Assembly: GCA_013239625.1 (NCBI GenBank)
Contig: MU056898.1
Span: 1,765,717 to 1,829,716, forward strand
Length of the DNA: 64,000 nucleotides
Direction of reading: 5' to 3'
Source of the DNA: Lama guanicoe
Lineage: Eukaryota
Part shown: positions 37,801-51,288 of the stretch, piece after piece
Layout: the number at the start of each line of letters is the position of its first letter
How positions within the stretch are numbered: the stretch's first letter is position 1
The notes under the pieces: generated by a model
Told to the model about the DNA's origin: nothing
What the model saw: the letters and a program-made list of their open reading frames with translations, nothing else
The model's database searches: none
Translations under genes and position numbers: made by a program

Positions 37801-40800
37801 CCCACCCAGGGAGCCCTCAGCCACCCCAGAACATTGCCCTTGATGCTTCAGTGCCTGCCCAGGGTCTCCCTCTGAGTTTAGCCACGTGTGCATCACAGAG
37901 AGGGCAACCTGGGGGGGGGGGCGGAGCTCAAAGACCACACTTAATACAGAAAACGTGAGAGGACCGGGAAGTCAGGCCAGCATCTCGATGCCCAGGCTGG
38001 CCTGCACGTGGCTTGGAGGGGCTGCTGTCCAGTGAGGGTAGGGGTGATGCTCTCAGCTCGCTGCTTACGCAGCTCGCAGGGTGCTGGGGCTGCGGGAAGG
38101 AAGCTTTTATGGGAACGAAGCTGAGGTCACCACTCCTGCAACACAGAGGGTCATCTCTCGGACCCAGTGGCCTCTCCTCTAGAGGAAAGCTAGGCGAGGC
38201 ACTCAAGGCCAGGGGTTCGTGGTCGGAAAGGCTGCGTCCACTGGTGGCGCTGAGGGCTGTGGCCCTGCCATGCAGCATCTCTGCAAGCTGCTGGTGGACC
38301 TCGGGCTTGCCCACGTGGACAACACAGTGATCTGACAGAGCAGCTGCCTCTGACAGGGTGGGCAGGGCGAGGTCAGTACGCATGGAGGTGGCGGTTTTGT
38401 CTCTGAGGGTCCACGGGAGGCCCAGGGAAGGGAGCCCTTTTGGGGCATTCTGTCTCATCGAAGCTTCTAAGGACTAGCTGTTTCCAGAGCCCTCTCTTCC
38501 GGATCCTACACTCGAGTGACATTCGTCATAAATGTCAAAGTATTTTCTTCCAAGACCTCTCTCAGCTCTAGTAGTTACCTTCCAAGGAGATGCTCTCCCA
38601 GACCTGCCAACGTCCAGCCCTGGGAAGGCCTGGCCACCCCCGGCCACACTGTGCGAGCCCCTCGGGGGGTGGGGGTGGCTCCCTGGCGGGGCTGTCAGCT
38701 GGGCTCGAGGCACTGAGGTGCAGCTGCTCCAGGCTCAGGCAGGGAGAAGCTGGAGACGCTGAGGCTGCCGAGTCCAAGGCGGCCCCTGACGTGAGCGCAG
38801 GACTGGGTGGCCCTGGCCTGAGCTCCCCTGGGCAGCGCTCCTTGCTGGCTCGGAAATCGTGGAAGATGGTTCCTTGCTTTGAGCCCTGAGCAAGTCCTTC
38901 CAGGACATCTGGTTTCTTCCTTTTCGGTGCTTGCCGCTGGGCCAGGAGCCCCCCAGCAGCCGGCCCTGAGGCCTGGGTGGGGGCCGGACCCATGCTGACG
39001 GGCGAGGCAGCACAGCACACTAGGCAGAAAGGGCCTCGCGGGACGTGGGCCAGGAGTGGGGCTGGAGGGGGAAGCAGGCCACAGAGAGGATGAGCTGACA
39101 GACCACGCCTCTGCCGAGGTCCGAGGAGTCCTGAAACCCGGGAGGGGCCGGGGCTTCCCCAGTGGGACAGCAGCTCTCCCCTATTATGGGCCGGGGGCCC
39201 AGGCAATGGAGTGGAACAGACGGGGCAGGGCCACCCTCCCCCTCCCAGCAGTGCCCCACCTGGGAACACCTGGGCCCAGGAGCGGGAATCCAGGCCCTCC
39301 TGCAACCAGGGCTCCTGTCCTGGGTTTCTGCACTCTGAGAAAGCAGCTCAGGCGCTCCCCCCCGGCCTGACTCATCCCACCCCGTACTAGGGACCTGCAG
39401 GTGGCCAGGAGAACTCTGGTGACAGTGTGAAGTGCAGAGGGCCCTGGGACCAGGACTTGACACGGTTGGGTCGGGCTCGGGGCTCCCCGGGCCCCCTGCT
39501 CCCAGCTGTGTGGCTGTGGTTGGGCGGGGACTGAGTAGCTCTGTCCGCCAGTTCAGGGAAGCCCTTGAGGCTGTTGGGAGGATGCATGAAACAGAGGGCG
39601 AGCCCTGGTGACCCCCTGGGGCTGGGGCAGCACAGACCTCCTCCCTCCTCCTGGATTCCCTTCTGTGCAGAGGAAGCCATCCTGTGAACTTTCATTTGGA
39701 ATCTCTGTCAACTGACACATGGAGAGAGGAAACTGGGAGGGAGGACGGAGGACCAGAGCAAGGTCACAACCAAGTGTGAGTTCTCATGGGACTCAGGTCC
39801 CCGTGGGGCCGCAAGGGCTTTACCAAGCTCCGTCCCCTCACCCACTCCAGGGCCACGTGCTCCACCCCAAGGGGTCGGCTCTCTCCACCCAGATGCAGGA
39901 CAGAGTCTGAGGCTCCTCTCCCCAACGAGGCCCCTGTCTGCATGCGCCCCGTGGTCCCTGCTCTTTCACTGCTGGCAAGGCCTGCCTTCCAGCCAGGCCA
40001 GCTGCTGGAAGCGTTTTGAGGCCAGACGTCAGTGTCCTTCCTAGGCCTCTTGAAAAAAGAGCCCAGAACGGTGGAAACCAACCCTTCAAAAGTGACTGTT
40101 TGCAGGCAACTAAAAAGCTTGCTAAAATTCAAGGCTGAAGGACTCAGTGCTCTCCATGGAAACAGGATGTCACAAATGGGTCAGAGCAGCAGCCTGGGCG
40201 GGGGTGGCATGGCGCATGGTGGCAGGGGACTCCTGCATGTGCATGTGTGTGCACATGCACAGAGCTGGCAGAAATGGAAGGCCAGGTCACCTCCTGGGAG
40301 AAGGGCTGTGCTAGTTCTGCCCTCCCCCTTCCCCCATTCCCACCTGCTGCCAGCTCCCGGAAGTGGGGCCTTCTTAATGTGTGCGAGGCCTGGCTGGCTC
40401 CTTGGGGGTGGGGGGTGGGGGAGAGAGATGCAGGAGATGGCGTCAAGGCTTTTCTTCCCACTGCGTAGAGGGCAGAGCAGAGCCCAGGAGGCCTCTTGTC
40501 GCGAGGACAGTCGTGTCCCCTTTGACGCTTCAGAGGCCCAGGCAGTGCTTCCTGGTTGGACAGACAGTTCGGCCTGGCCAACTGTCCTCTAGACCTGCTG
40601 TGCACTGTGCCTGGACTTCAGATGAACGTTCTGGAGCCATCAAAATGCTTTGAAAATGACTCCTGAATGTTTATTTCCTTTTGTAACAACGGGCAGACGC
40701 TTTAGCTACAATTAACATCCAGCTGGCTGGAGCCAGACGCTCCGGAAAGGCTGGTGTTTTCGTAGGTTTTCAGTGTGGAGAGCTTGCGCACACTGATTCC

Positions 40801-43129
40801 TATCACAGACGCTGGGCCTTCCTGGGCTGCGATAAGAAACAGTTCATCATATAGATGGGTGGTTTTGATTTTTGTAGCCTTTTGCTTTTTGCGGTTCTAA
40901 ACTGCAGAGTAGTGAGAGTGAAAACCCAGCCTGGCTCAGATGCACAAACTAAGCTGCCTCCCAGCCTGCATGGATGAGAAGCAAGGGCTGTGGGGAACCA
41001 GGCCGGCTGGCCGCTGGCTGGGCCAGCAGGGCGCCTGCCCCGGCCCCAGGCTTCCTCTCCCTGGAGGAGGATGGGACACGTGTTCTCTGTTTCCGGAGCA
41101 CTAGGTACTTGGCTTTTTTGTTCCCTGACTTGGTTTGAGGCTACTGCTCCCCCCAGGTACCCTGGGCCGGGAAAAAGAGGAACAAAAAGAAATTCAAGGG
41201 CCAGGCTGAGGACGGCTCCAGGCTCCGTTTCAGACTCCAGGCAGGCCTGGCACTCTACTGACTCCCCCAGCTCGCCCAGCTTTTGACTGGTGTGCTGTTA
41301 CCTGGGGGAGGTGCTCAGAGCCCCAGATCTTATCACCACCTGTGGTTCTGTCCAAGGGAGGAACCAGCCGTTATTTTTACTTATTATATTTGGTCTAAGA
41401 GTAACAGTTGCTTCCTTGGTTCTAATTGAAACTAGGAAACTTACTCCAGGGTGCGTCCTGCCCTCTTGCCGGCATGTGTGGGAGGAAAGGGACCCAGGGC
41501 GATTTGCTGAGGAAGCATGGGACACCCGGCCCACTTCACCCTGTCCCTCTGCTGCTTGAAGGGTGTTCTGTTTGCAGGTCCTGGGGGACCAAACTCTGTT
41601 CCTTGGCAGGATCACATTTTGGCCTCTCAAATTAGAGGGCAAATTCACTTTTACTCTCCACACTGAGTCCCCCCTGCTCTTTGATGCCTGAGTAGTGTTT
41701 AGGGGTCCTGGGCGTAGACCTTGTGGACAGATGCAGCCTGGTGCTGCCCAGTCGTGCAGGTGGCTTTATCCTTAGAGAGCTGAGCAGCAGCGGTGAGGGG
41801 AAAGCTGGACGCTCTGACACCACAGCCCCACCCCCGAGACACGGCCCTGGTGTGTCGCCGGGTCAGGAAAGGCCAGGTGGCAGGCTGTTTTCTCAGGAAT
41901 CCAGATGACACCCTAGGGCCTGGGAGGTGGATGCAGCTTCCCCAAGGAGCTCCGTCCTCTCCCCGCCCCAGAACACAGCCCCGACCAGTCACACACGCGT
42001 GTTTCCTGGCAGGGGTCTTTGCAGTTAAGTCACTTTTTCACTACGTAATAGATACAACCAGTTCCACATCGAACCTCACCCCCCACCCTGCTCCGTCAGG
42101 TGGAGGTCTGTGCCTTTCTCCCCGAGTCCCGGGGTCCCCCAAGTCAACACTGTGCGCCTCCTTCCTCAGGAGGTTTCCATACCCACCAGGGAGGCAGCAG
42201 AGCAGTGGCCATGGGCAGGGCCCTGGCCAGATGCCCCTTGCGTATGTGGCCCTGGGGCAGGAGCACCCCTGCTCCAGCCCCAGCTTCCTGTCCGTGACTT
42301 GGCAGGGCGAGCACTCCCCAGATAGAAGCCGCGGCTTTTCAAAGCCTATTATCTCTAGAGGCCTTCTGCGTTTGGGAAGATACTTGAGGTTCTGGTTCGG
42401 AGAGCTGGACCTACAGCACTTCCTTAAGGAGCTCAGCAGCCATACCCTTGCCGCGGTCATTACTAGTGCCTCTTGTCACCCAGAGGTGCCCCGGCTAGCA
42501 CCCAGGCACGATGCTCCCCGTTACGCGTGAGCAGCCTGGGACCCTGGTCAGGCCATCTTACTCACACTCCCATATCTGCCGAGGCCTGTGAAGCAAGCTT
42601 CTGGCCACCGTTACTGAACGCTAGCCCCTGCTAGATGTGCCCTGCTGGCCCCTTAAGATAAGGAGCTGGTTATGTACAGGTGGAGGAGCTGCGGAGGGAG
42701 TGCACGTCCAGCAATGAGGGGAGATCAGAGGACAAGTGCAGCTCTGGGCCGTCTATCAGATACAGACTTACGTCGGTCCGCGCGCTACAAAGACTGGTCA
42801 GACCGCTGCACTCCGACCAGCGGCCAGCTTAAGAGAACCGCGCTGACATGTTTGCGTCCCTAACTCGGTGCTGGGTTTCTTGCTGCCGGTAGGATAGGTG
42901 TTCAGAGCCTGGGGAGCACCAATGCCTTAGGTTTTGAAGGCTTTGCGTGCCCAGGGGAGTCTATATTCTCATCAAATGCCCAAGACCATTAACGACACTT
43001 GATGTCTCCATTTAGAGATTGTTCCAGAACTTACCAAAATTTTACAATCAATTTTCATCAAAAAGGGACGAAAGCTATAACCATGGCGACCCAGGAGGAC
43101 GCAGTCAGTCCCCCGCAGGGCATGTGCGG

Positions 43130-43770
43130 AACCTCCTAGGCGGCCAGCAGATCTCAGCTGCCGCTGGACAGGTGAATGACCGCAGGGCAGCGGCCCCGGC
43201 TTCGCTGCGCTGGGCTCGGCGCGGCTGGAGGGCAGCCACGGATGGGGACAGCGCCCCCACCCTCAAGGGGACAGCGCCAGGGCGGGGCCGGGGGACCCGA
43301 GAGTCCGAGCGGAGCACTGGCCGCGCGGGGCCGCCGCGTCCCCGGGCTGCCCCCGTGCAGGCCGAGACCCTAATGTGGCCGACCGCCCCCGACCCCGCGT
43401 TCGGCGCCCACTCACCGGCTTGCTGGGCCGCTGGCCACGCAGTGGCCGCCGGGCGGGCAGCTACGGGCTCCGAGGAGGCGGCAGGACTCACGGCGCGCAC
43501 GCCGCGCGGGCCTGTGTACACACGTGACCGCGCCTGCCCGCTGGCCACGCCCTCCAGGCCACGCCCCCGGGAGCTCGCCGGGCTTGGCCACGCCCCGGTG
43601 AGCCCCGCCCCTGGGCCTGGGTTCCCGGCGCTCAGACCCAGTGGCCCGGCCGGGGTCGGGTGGCCAAACGCGCTCTAAGCTGCAGGGGACAGACGCCCCC
43701 TCCCTCCGAAGGTCGGAATGGGTCCTGCCGGGTGCACCTGCTCCTCTTCCGTGAAGCGTGCTCGGCGGCT
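43130..43770 (-). promoter_or_regulatory. CpG island; probable GPR146 promoter and non-coding exon 1
   Basis: Dense CpG. Minus-strand donor CCG|GTGAGT at 43416/43415. Upstream are GTCACGTG (43521-43528), three GGCCACGCCC KLF/SP motifs (43543, 43557, 43586) and a GC box near 43603. Confidence 0.7.
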
Positions 43771-44451
43771 CCAAACTCACCGTTTACTTCCTGGCTTTAG
43801 GAATTTCTTTGTAAACTGAACTGGCCGCAGGAAAACCATTTAAAGAGACAGTGCCTTGTTCGTAGTGGATTAATTCTGTACCTGCTTCTATAGTTAGGTG
43901 TTGGGGAAGCTGAGAGTGAGGTCACCGGCTCTCTGATCCCTGTGCTGGGGCAGGACTCCTGGCAGCACGTTCTGGCTCAGTTTCTCAGAACGTTTCTTTG
44001 TGAAATCCAAGTATGCAGGTTGTGGCATTCATCCAGATTTGCTGTGTGACCAGGGGCTGAAGGGAACAGCCGCCAAGACTGGCCCTGAGCGTTGTGGTCC
44101 TGCCGGCCAGGCCCAGGGCTCCACCTTGGGCCATCCTGCTTGACAGGACAGCTTCCTGACCATGGATCGAGAGGGAAGTCGGGGGTCAGCTGGGGGACCA
44201 CACTCCCTCTGGTTGAAGGGCAGGGCCAGATCTCACTCTCTGTCAAGGCCACTTGTAGACCCCTGGGGCCCCTACCTCCACCCTGTCGTCATGACAGTAA
44301 CTTGCTCCTCACCCCAGCACTGGACTTTTGTGACAGCGGGCATCCGACAGCGGGGCAGGACTGGCCACTGCCAGCCAGCGCCGATGCCCAGCTTAGCCTG
44401 TGCCGCTCCTGCTCTGGGCCCAGAGCAGCCTTTCGAGGGATATACTCCCGG

Positions 44452-44532
44452 TTTTTTTTAATAGACTTTATTTTTTAGAGCAGTTTCAGGCTCACAGCAG
44501 AGTTGAGCATAAAATACAGAGTACACTCCCAC
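44452..44532 (-). mobile_element. Short L1MC-like 3' terminus
   Basis: aatagactttattttttagagcagtttcaggctcacagca is nearly identical to 50694-50733 in this window. Confidence 0.65.
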
Positions 44533-44717
44533 ATTTCATCAAATTTGAGACTCCATTTGTGCTCCGTAGATCATCACTTCATGGACCACTACAAGAAAAC
44601 AGTCTGCCGGTTAAGTTCTGACACGGTCGGCTACAGAGAGAACCCTGATTTCAGAGATGCTGAAATGGGGAGATGTGCCTTACCACCCAGAAAACGCAGT
44701 ACTTTCCTCACGTTCAA

Positions 44718-44815
44718 TTGTATGGAGACTCAGGAACCTCAAGCAGTTTGCTCAAGGTCACACAGCAGAGAGTGGCACCAGAATTGGCACCTAGGTAGTC
44801 TTCAACTTCTAACCT
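44718..44815. mobile_element. MIR SINE fragment
   Basis: atggagactcagg ... tttgctcaaggtcacacagc matches the MIR core. Confidence 0.6.
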
Positions 44816-47800
44816 AGGGCTGGGGATTTGGGGTCATCCCCGCAGTCTTAAAAAGTGTTGTTACCTCCTTTTTTATGAAAGGCCCTGGGCCCCAGGATTC
44901 CTGGTCAGAGTCCCCTGAAGGCCAGGCTTAACGAGTCTGCCCATGGGCTCGCGCTTGGTCAAGCTGCCGATCGTAAGTGGGGAAGTGCAGCTCCCTTCAA
45001 GCCCCTCAGCCCTCAGGTCATCTGGCTGCCTCATCCGCAGGGAAAGACTTCCCCTGCCAAGCAGGCACCCAGGCCAGACGGCAGAGTCTGCGTATGCGGG
45101 GAGCCTTCAAAGTGAGCCCCCTCTGCTGAGCCGGGGAGTGTAAACTCCCCGGAGGGCTGCAGCTCTGCAGTCTGCACCAGCTGCTCCCAGAGCGCATGCC
45201 GACTCCTGTGCAAGACCCAGCCGTCTGTCTGTCTGTCTGCAGGGACCGTTGTGCCTGGGCAGGCACGCACTGGGGCGGGGAGGAGGCCCGTGTTCACAGG
45301 GCCAGCTCCCCTACCTCGCAGGACGAGGGCGGCCCGGCAGTGGGTGCCCCGCTGAGCTGCCCCCGAGCTGCCCCCCAACCCCGTGGGCTGCGGGCTCGGT
45401 GAGGCCCCCTGCTGGTCGTGCCGCTACCGCGTTTCCCCCCCCGCCCCAGTCGGGGCCCTGGGCTGCTGGCCGAGCCTGTGTCTGGTCTTTCTCTTGCGAG
45501 CTGGGAGGGTGACAGAGGGTCACCACTGCCCCGCCAAAAGGCAGGCTGGTTTCCTTCCTTCCTTCCAAAGGTGCAGCCTCTTTTTAGTAATGATGCACCT
45601 ACAGGGAGGTGTGACTTTACATGAGAGGTCGACCAAGGGCGAGGAACGTTTACGGTTCACATGTTCGTTCCCAGGAGTGTGGCTTGTGTTCTGACGTCTC
45701 TGTGGCCCGGTTCCTGTACTTGGTGTTGCTCAGGGCCCAGGAGCGTGGGGAGCCCCTCCTGGGAAGGGCCGGTGAGATGGGCAGCAGCGGTGAGCTGGGC
45801 CAGCGGCTTCTGTGTGGTCGTCACAGGCCGTCATTTATCGGTGCGGTTGCCTCCCTGCCTCCGTCTGCACCTGCCTCTTCGCTCCACCAAATCCTGTCCC
45901 GCATGGCTTCTGCCAGTGGCTCTTCTGTCCCCTGGGGAAGCAGATCTTCCTGTTTTTAACACGGGACGCACCAGGATGGGTGTCTGATGGTGCATGAAGT
46001 CTTCTGGCCTGATGACCATACCAAGTGTCGTTCTTAGCTGGCAGCCATCCCTGCAGCCCTCCGTGTGCAGGGCCTGGGGGCTACCCCACTCAGGCGTCCA
46101 GTGCAGCGCTGCCTGAGCTGTGCCTTTCTCGGGCATGGGTAAGCTGGAGCCCGTGGGAGACTGGTGGCTCTGACAGGGCAGCGTGCTGAGGGGCTGGCCA
46201 AGGCAGGCAGTGAGCCGATGCACAGGTCCTCTGCAGGGGGCACCGGGGACCCCTGGAGTTGGCCTGAGGGTGCGGTTGGGCCAGCCCAGAGGAGGGCCAC
46301 TGGGGCCGAGAGAGACCATGCCGAGCCCCAAGCCACGGCTTCAGCCATGCCCGGAGCCCTGGCCCCTCCACCTGCCCCAGTGCCCTGTCTAGCCTGAGGC
46401 GGACAGGCGCACCCCACGCCTGGCAGCCCAGGCATAGCCTTGGTGGTGCCTCTGAGGTCTGGAAAATGTGGCCCCTCCCAAGAGCCCCTGGAACAGCCAA
46501 CGGCAGCTGGGTAGGGGGAGCCAGGGGAGGGCGCCAGGACACCGGGTGGGTGCATGAGGACCCCACTGAAGCAGGGAAGACATTCTGCGAGGAGGAGTCC
46601 AGCTGTCCACTCGGGACCTGGGGCACTCTGATTCTAGGTGCAGTCCTGCCGGGACAGCGGCTGCCCACCAGCCGAACTCAGCCCTTTTTCTAGACCCCTC
46701 GTGAGCCCATCTTCCCCAGCTGCCCCAGCTCTCCCATAGCCCCTCCAGCAGAGGATCGTGGAGGGAAGGACAGTTCACTGCCCATGGGGGCCCAGCAGAT
46801 GCTAGTGAGGAGCACGCGGGGCCTGGGGCTGGGGGCGGGCTGTCTGCTCCGCGCAGGCACGGGGAGAAGAGCACGGGGAGAAGAGCCCGGGCCTCGGCGG
46901 CCGCGTCTCTGTAGGACTGGGAGCAGTGCCCCCGACCGCTGTCTGCAGGCAAGGGGAGGATGCAGGCGTGCGGGGCTCTAGCCTTTGTTCCTCCCTCACC
47001 TCGAAGCGGCAAGGGTATCTCAGAGTTGGCCCCACGACCTTTTTAACTGAGCTTTATTGCAACGCAGCTATTCAGCCACGTTGGCTGTTGCATCGGAGAG
47101 ACCTGCTTGTTCTCTGGGGAACACAAAGGTTCAGGTGAGCCGGGTGTCCCAGAGGAAGCCCGTGGGGCCTGGGTGGGGCCCCTGGCACCGGCCTTGAGCC
47201 GCTTTCTCTGAAGCAGACCTGGGCAGTCTGGACGGAGTGATTTCTTGCATTTAGGAATCCTGGTGGAGGCACCGTTTAGAGAGGCCAGGCTGGCTCTTGA
47301 CCAGAGCAGACAGCTCGGCTCAGTGCAGGGCCCCTGGCAGCCTCGTCGCAGGGGACGCGGCGTTGCTCTGTTTTGTGCGTGGGGGGGCTCAGGCCCCGAG
47401 GGGAGCTGCCCCACGCAGCCCTGCAGCGTCTCGCATGGAGCCGGGTTAGTCCTGAGTCAAGGGCTCTGGCAAAATCCCCTGACGCTCCCGGCTCCGGGGG
47501 AGGGACCAGACCCTCATCCGCAGTGGACACCTTGCTTCTGCGTCTGTGCTGCCCCTGCCCGTGGACCCGGGGCGCTCCCCCAGCCTTCACAAGGGGCAGG
47601 TTCCCCGTGGCCGGTGAGTGGTCGTGGGCAGGAAGGGCGGGCGTGGCTGCAGGGGCACGCTCTGCAGCTTGTTTCTGGATGTTCCTCAGAGCTGGGGACG
47701 TGGAGGAAGTCTGCGCGTGGGAGCCCGGGAGACGTCGAGCCCTGTGCGACTCGGGGCAGCCGCCGTGCAGCCGAGGTAACATGCCCCGAGGTCGGGGCAC

Positions 47801-49134
47801 GACTTGGTGTTTCACCCTGATCAAACCTGTCTGCTGCACTCTTGGCCAAGAAGAACTCACGGTCTGGTTTCCAAACGGTACAATCAGCAGTGATACTCCG
47901 TTACTTAGAGAACGCTATCCTGCTGTAGTTACGCGTGTGCTTATTTGTTCGTGTTGGGTGTGTGGACGTACCTGAGTGTCTGCGGGGTGTGGGAAGCGCT
48001 GACGGGAGGTCTGGGGGCACGGGGAGGAGGGAAGACACACCGCAGGCAGCGGGAGTCGGCACACTCTCCTCCTTGTGCGTGTGTTTGGATTCTTCCATAA
48101 TGTCAGACAGAGATGGCGAGGGAGAGTGGGGCAGTCGAAAGCCAGGTGGTGCTGAGTGTGTCCCGGTGCCGCCTGGGCCTCCCCCTGCACCCCAGAGCCG
48201 CAGTGGGGACTCTGCTGCAGGGCAGCGCCCGGCTCCTGCTGGGGGACCTACGTCTTCACCTCGGATGTGCACACCCTCATTCCTCCTGTTTTCCCTGTTT
48301 TGCTCCTTCACAAAGCCGGTGCTCAGCCCTCTGGTTGGTGGTTGGTGGGAACCTCCCCATCAGCACCCTGGTCCTCCTTGCGCCTTGCAGACGCCCGCCA
48401 GTCAGCTTCCAGATTTGGCACGGCTGCCGTCGGTTAAGACCTCACACATGTGTGCACCGAAGCTGTGGTCAGGAGGGGAGAGAACTCAAGTCTTTATTCT
48501 GGGAGTTTATTTTCTCTCTTCCCAAACCTTTAATCAATGTTAAAAATAGTGTGTGTGAAGGCGCCTCCTCGAGGGGGAGTGAGATCCCAGGAGGAGCGTG
48601 TGTCCCGGAGGTCTCGCTCTCAGCAGCCTGTGCTGGCGCCACCCCCCCCACCTGCCACGTCCGGGGGCCCGCAGCCACCTGCCATTCAGAGGTGGCCCAG
48701 GAGGCCGGGGCCCTGAGGCTGCAAGCACACCGTTTCCACGGCAGATCTGGCCGAGTCATGGGGGGCAGGCTGTCCACCCTGTGCCAGTGTCCTGACCGAG
48801 GCCCCAGAGGACACTGGTGGGGTCTTGTTTTTTTTTCACCCAGTGAGACTTCTCGATGAGAAGGTGGCAAGGCGAGAGGTTCCCCTACAGAGAAAAACGT
48901 GGGCTCAGGACTGGGACTGGATGCTGGGCGTTTGTCCAGGCTGGTCCCCACCGGTGGCCTCGCTCCTTCTGCCTTGCATGGGGGGCTGTCCCCAAGATGT
49001 GCCGCTCCTGTGGGGGACCAGCCTCTGAGCCACTCCCCCTCCCTGCTCCCCGAGCCTGGAGGCACAGACGCTCCTTCTTAGGTTGGATGCCTCATCATTT
49101 TTTTTCTTTTAATTTTTATTTTAAAATAATTACA

Positions 49135-49290
49135 GGGGTGGTAGAGTATAGCTCAGTGGTAGAGCACATGCTTAGCTTGCACAAGGTCCTGGGTCTAATC
49201 CCCAGCCCCTCCTCCAAATACAAACAAATACAATTACCTCCCCCTCGTAAAAAAGAGAGAAATTATTTTAAAAAAACATTAAATTAAAAA
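49135..49290 (+). mobile_element. tRNA-derived SINE (camelid type) inserted in an L1 relic
   Basis: gtatagctcagtggtagagcacatgcttagcttgcacaaggtcctgggtctaatccccag carries A and B boxes, followed by an A-rich tail. aaaataatt on both sides is a possible target-site duplication. Confidence 0.8.
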
Positions 49291-51103
49291 AATAATTGTA
49301 AGTTCCCAGGAAGTTGCAAAAATAGCAGAGAGAGGTCCCTTGTACCCTTCGCACACTTGCCCCTGGCGGTTTCTTTGATGCTGGTATGACGTCAAAACCA
49401 GGGGCTTGTCGCCGTGCAGAGCGGTGTGGGTCCGTGTGGGCTTGTCGCCCCGTGGGTTCTGGGACACCGCGGCCCCGCACAGCCCTCCTGGGCCTCTGGT
49501 CCGGTTCCAGGGGCTCTGAACGTGGAACCTGCGGCGAGGGCTCGGGGGTGAGCCCTTCCCCGCACCCCAGTCCTCCCGCGTGCGGGTGTCCGAGCCTCTC
49601 GACTGCCGAGCGGCTTTCCACGGTGAGGGTATGCCAGCCCCAGCTGGGGGCTGTTTCCGCGGTGTCCAGTTTGGGGGCTATTCCTACAGGCAAAGCTGCT
49701 CGCGAGGCTGCACAGGCTTCTGTGTGGACAGAAGCTTCCCTTGCTTCCATGACCGTGCCCCCTCCGGCGGTGTGTGCGGGCCACCTCTCAGCCCCTCCGG
49801 GGCGTGGTGGCACCGCCAGCGATGTCCAGCGCCTTTCCACGTGCTCGCTTGCCGCCCCTGTGTCTTCGCTGGTGAGACGTCTTGTGTCTCTTCCCTACTT
49901 CCTAGTTGGGTGGTGGTTTTCTACTGTTGATTTTGAGGTTTCTTTATAGGGTCTAGATAACAGGTTTTGTTACACGTGGGGTTGTAAATACTTTGTCCCA
50001 GTCAGAGCCTGTCTCTACATCCTCTTAATGAGATCTTTCAAGGGATCAAAGGTTTTTCTTTTAATTTTGGTGAAGTCCAGTTGTCCACTTCATTTGATTT
50101 TTTTAACTTGTATAATGGATTCACGGTGTTCGTTTTCGGTGTGCAACATAGTGGTCCGACGTTTCTATAGATCACACCCCAGCAAAGGCACTGCAAGGCA
50201 CCGGCTCTGCTCCTTGTGCCACACACCTTCCTGCCTGGTAGCTTGGACAAACAACTATAACGTTGGGCATAGAATTCACATAGAAGTGAAAGCATGGAGT
50301 ATCTGTCCTCTGTCTGACTTACCTCACTCAGCACAGTGCCCTCCAGCTTCACCTACGATTTTGCACAGGGAAAGTCTTATTCTAACGGCTGGGCAGTAGA
50401 TACTTCATTGTGCGTGTGTGCGTGAAGCAGCACGCCTTGGCCGCTCGCCCGTGGGCGGGCGCTCACGCGGCCTCTGTGTCTTGGCTGCTGCGTGCTGGTT
50501 TTTTTCAGGGCTCTATTTCGAGTGTCATGTCGCGAACTCTTCGCTCTTCCTAGGTCCCAAAGATTTTTCTCCTGTGTTTTCTTCAAACGGTTTTATGGCT
50601 TTACATTTGACATTTAAGTCTATGATCCATTTGAGTTACTTTTTCTATGTTAATTTTTGTGAGGTTTGGCTTGAGGTTTTTTCCTGTGTTTTCAATAGAC
50701 TTTAGTTTTTAGAGCAGTTTTAGGCTCACAGCAAACTTGAGGGGAAGGTGCAGAGATGTGCCATATACCCTCTCACACACGTGCAGCCTGCCCTGTTGTT
50801 AACGCCCCCACCTGACTGGTACATTGGTTACAGCTGGTGAGCCTACATGGACACATCATTGTCACCCCGAGTCCACACTTTACATCAGGCTCGCCCTTGG
50901 TGTTTACATTCTATGGGTCTGGACAAATGTGTGGCACGCAACCACCACTGACGTGTCATGCAGGCCAGTTTCACCACCCTGAACACCCCCTGGGCTCTGC
51001 CTGCTCACGCCTCCCTCCCCCCAGTCTCTTCACTGTGCATAGTTTTGCCTTCTCCAGAAGGTCACAGAGTTGGAATCATACAGTATGCAGCCTGTTCAGG
51101 CTG

Positions 51104-51288
51104 NNNNNNNNNNNNNNNNNNNNNNNNNNNNNNNNNNNNNNNNNNNNNNNNNNNNNNNNNNNNNNNNNNNNNNNNNNNNNNNNNNNNNNNNNNNNNNNNN
51201 NNNNNNNNNNNNNNNNNNNNNNNNNNNNNNNNNNNNNNNNNNNNNNNNNNNNNNNNNNNNNNNNNNNNNNNNNNNNNNNNNNNNNNNN
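51104..51288. other. Assembly gap (185 N)
   Basis: Run of n characters. Confidence 1.

Noticed and set aside
49139-49210. tRNA-like sequence
   Set aside because: Degenerate B box, no proper acceptor stem, and an A-rich tail with possible TSD: a SINE, not a tRNA gene.
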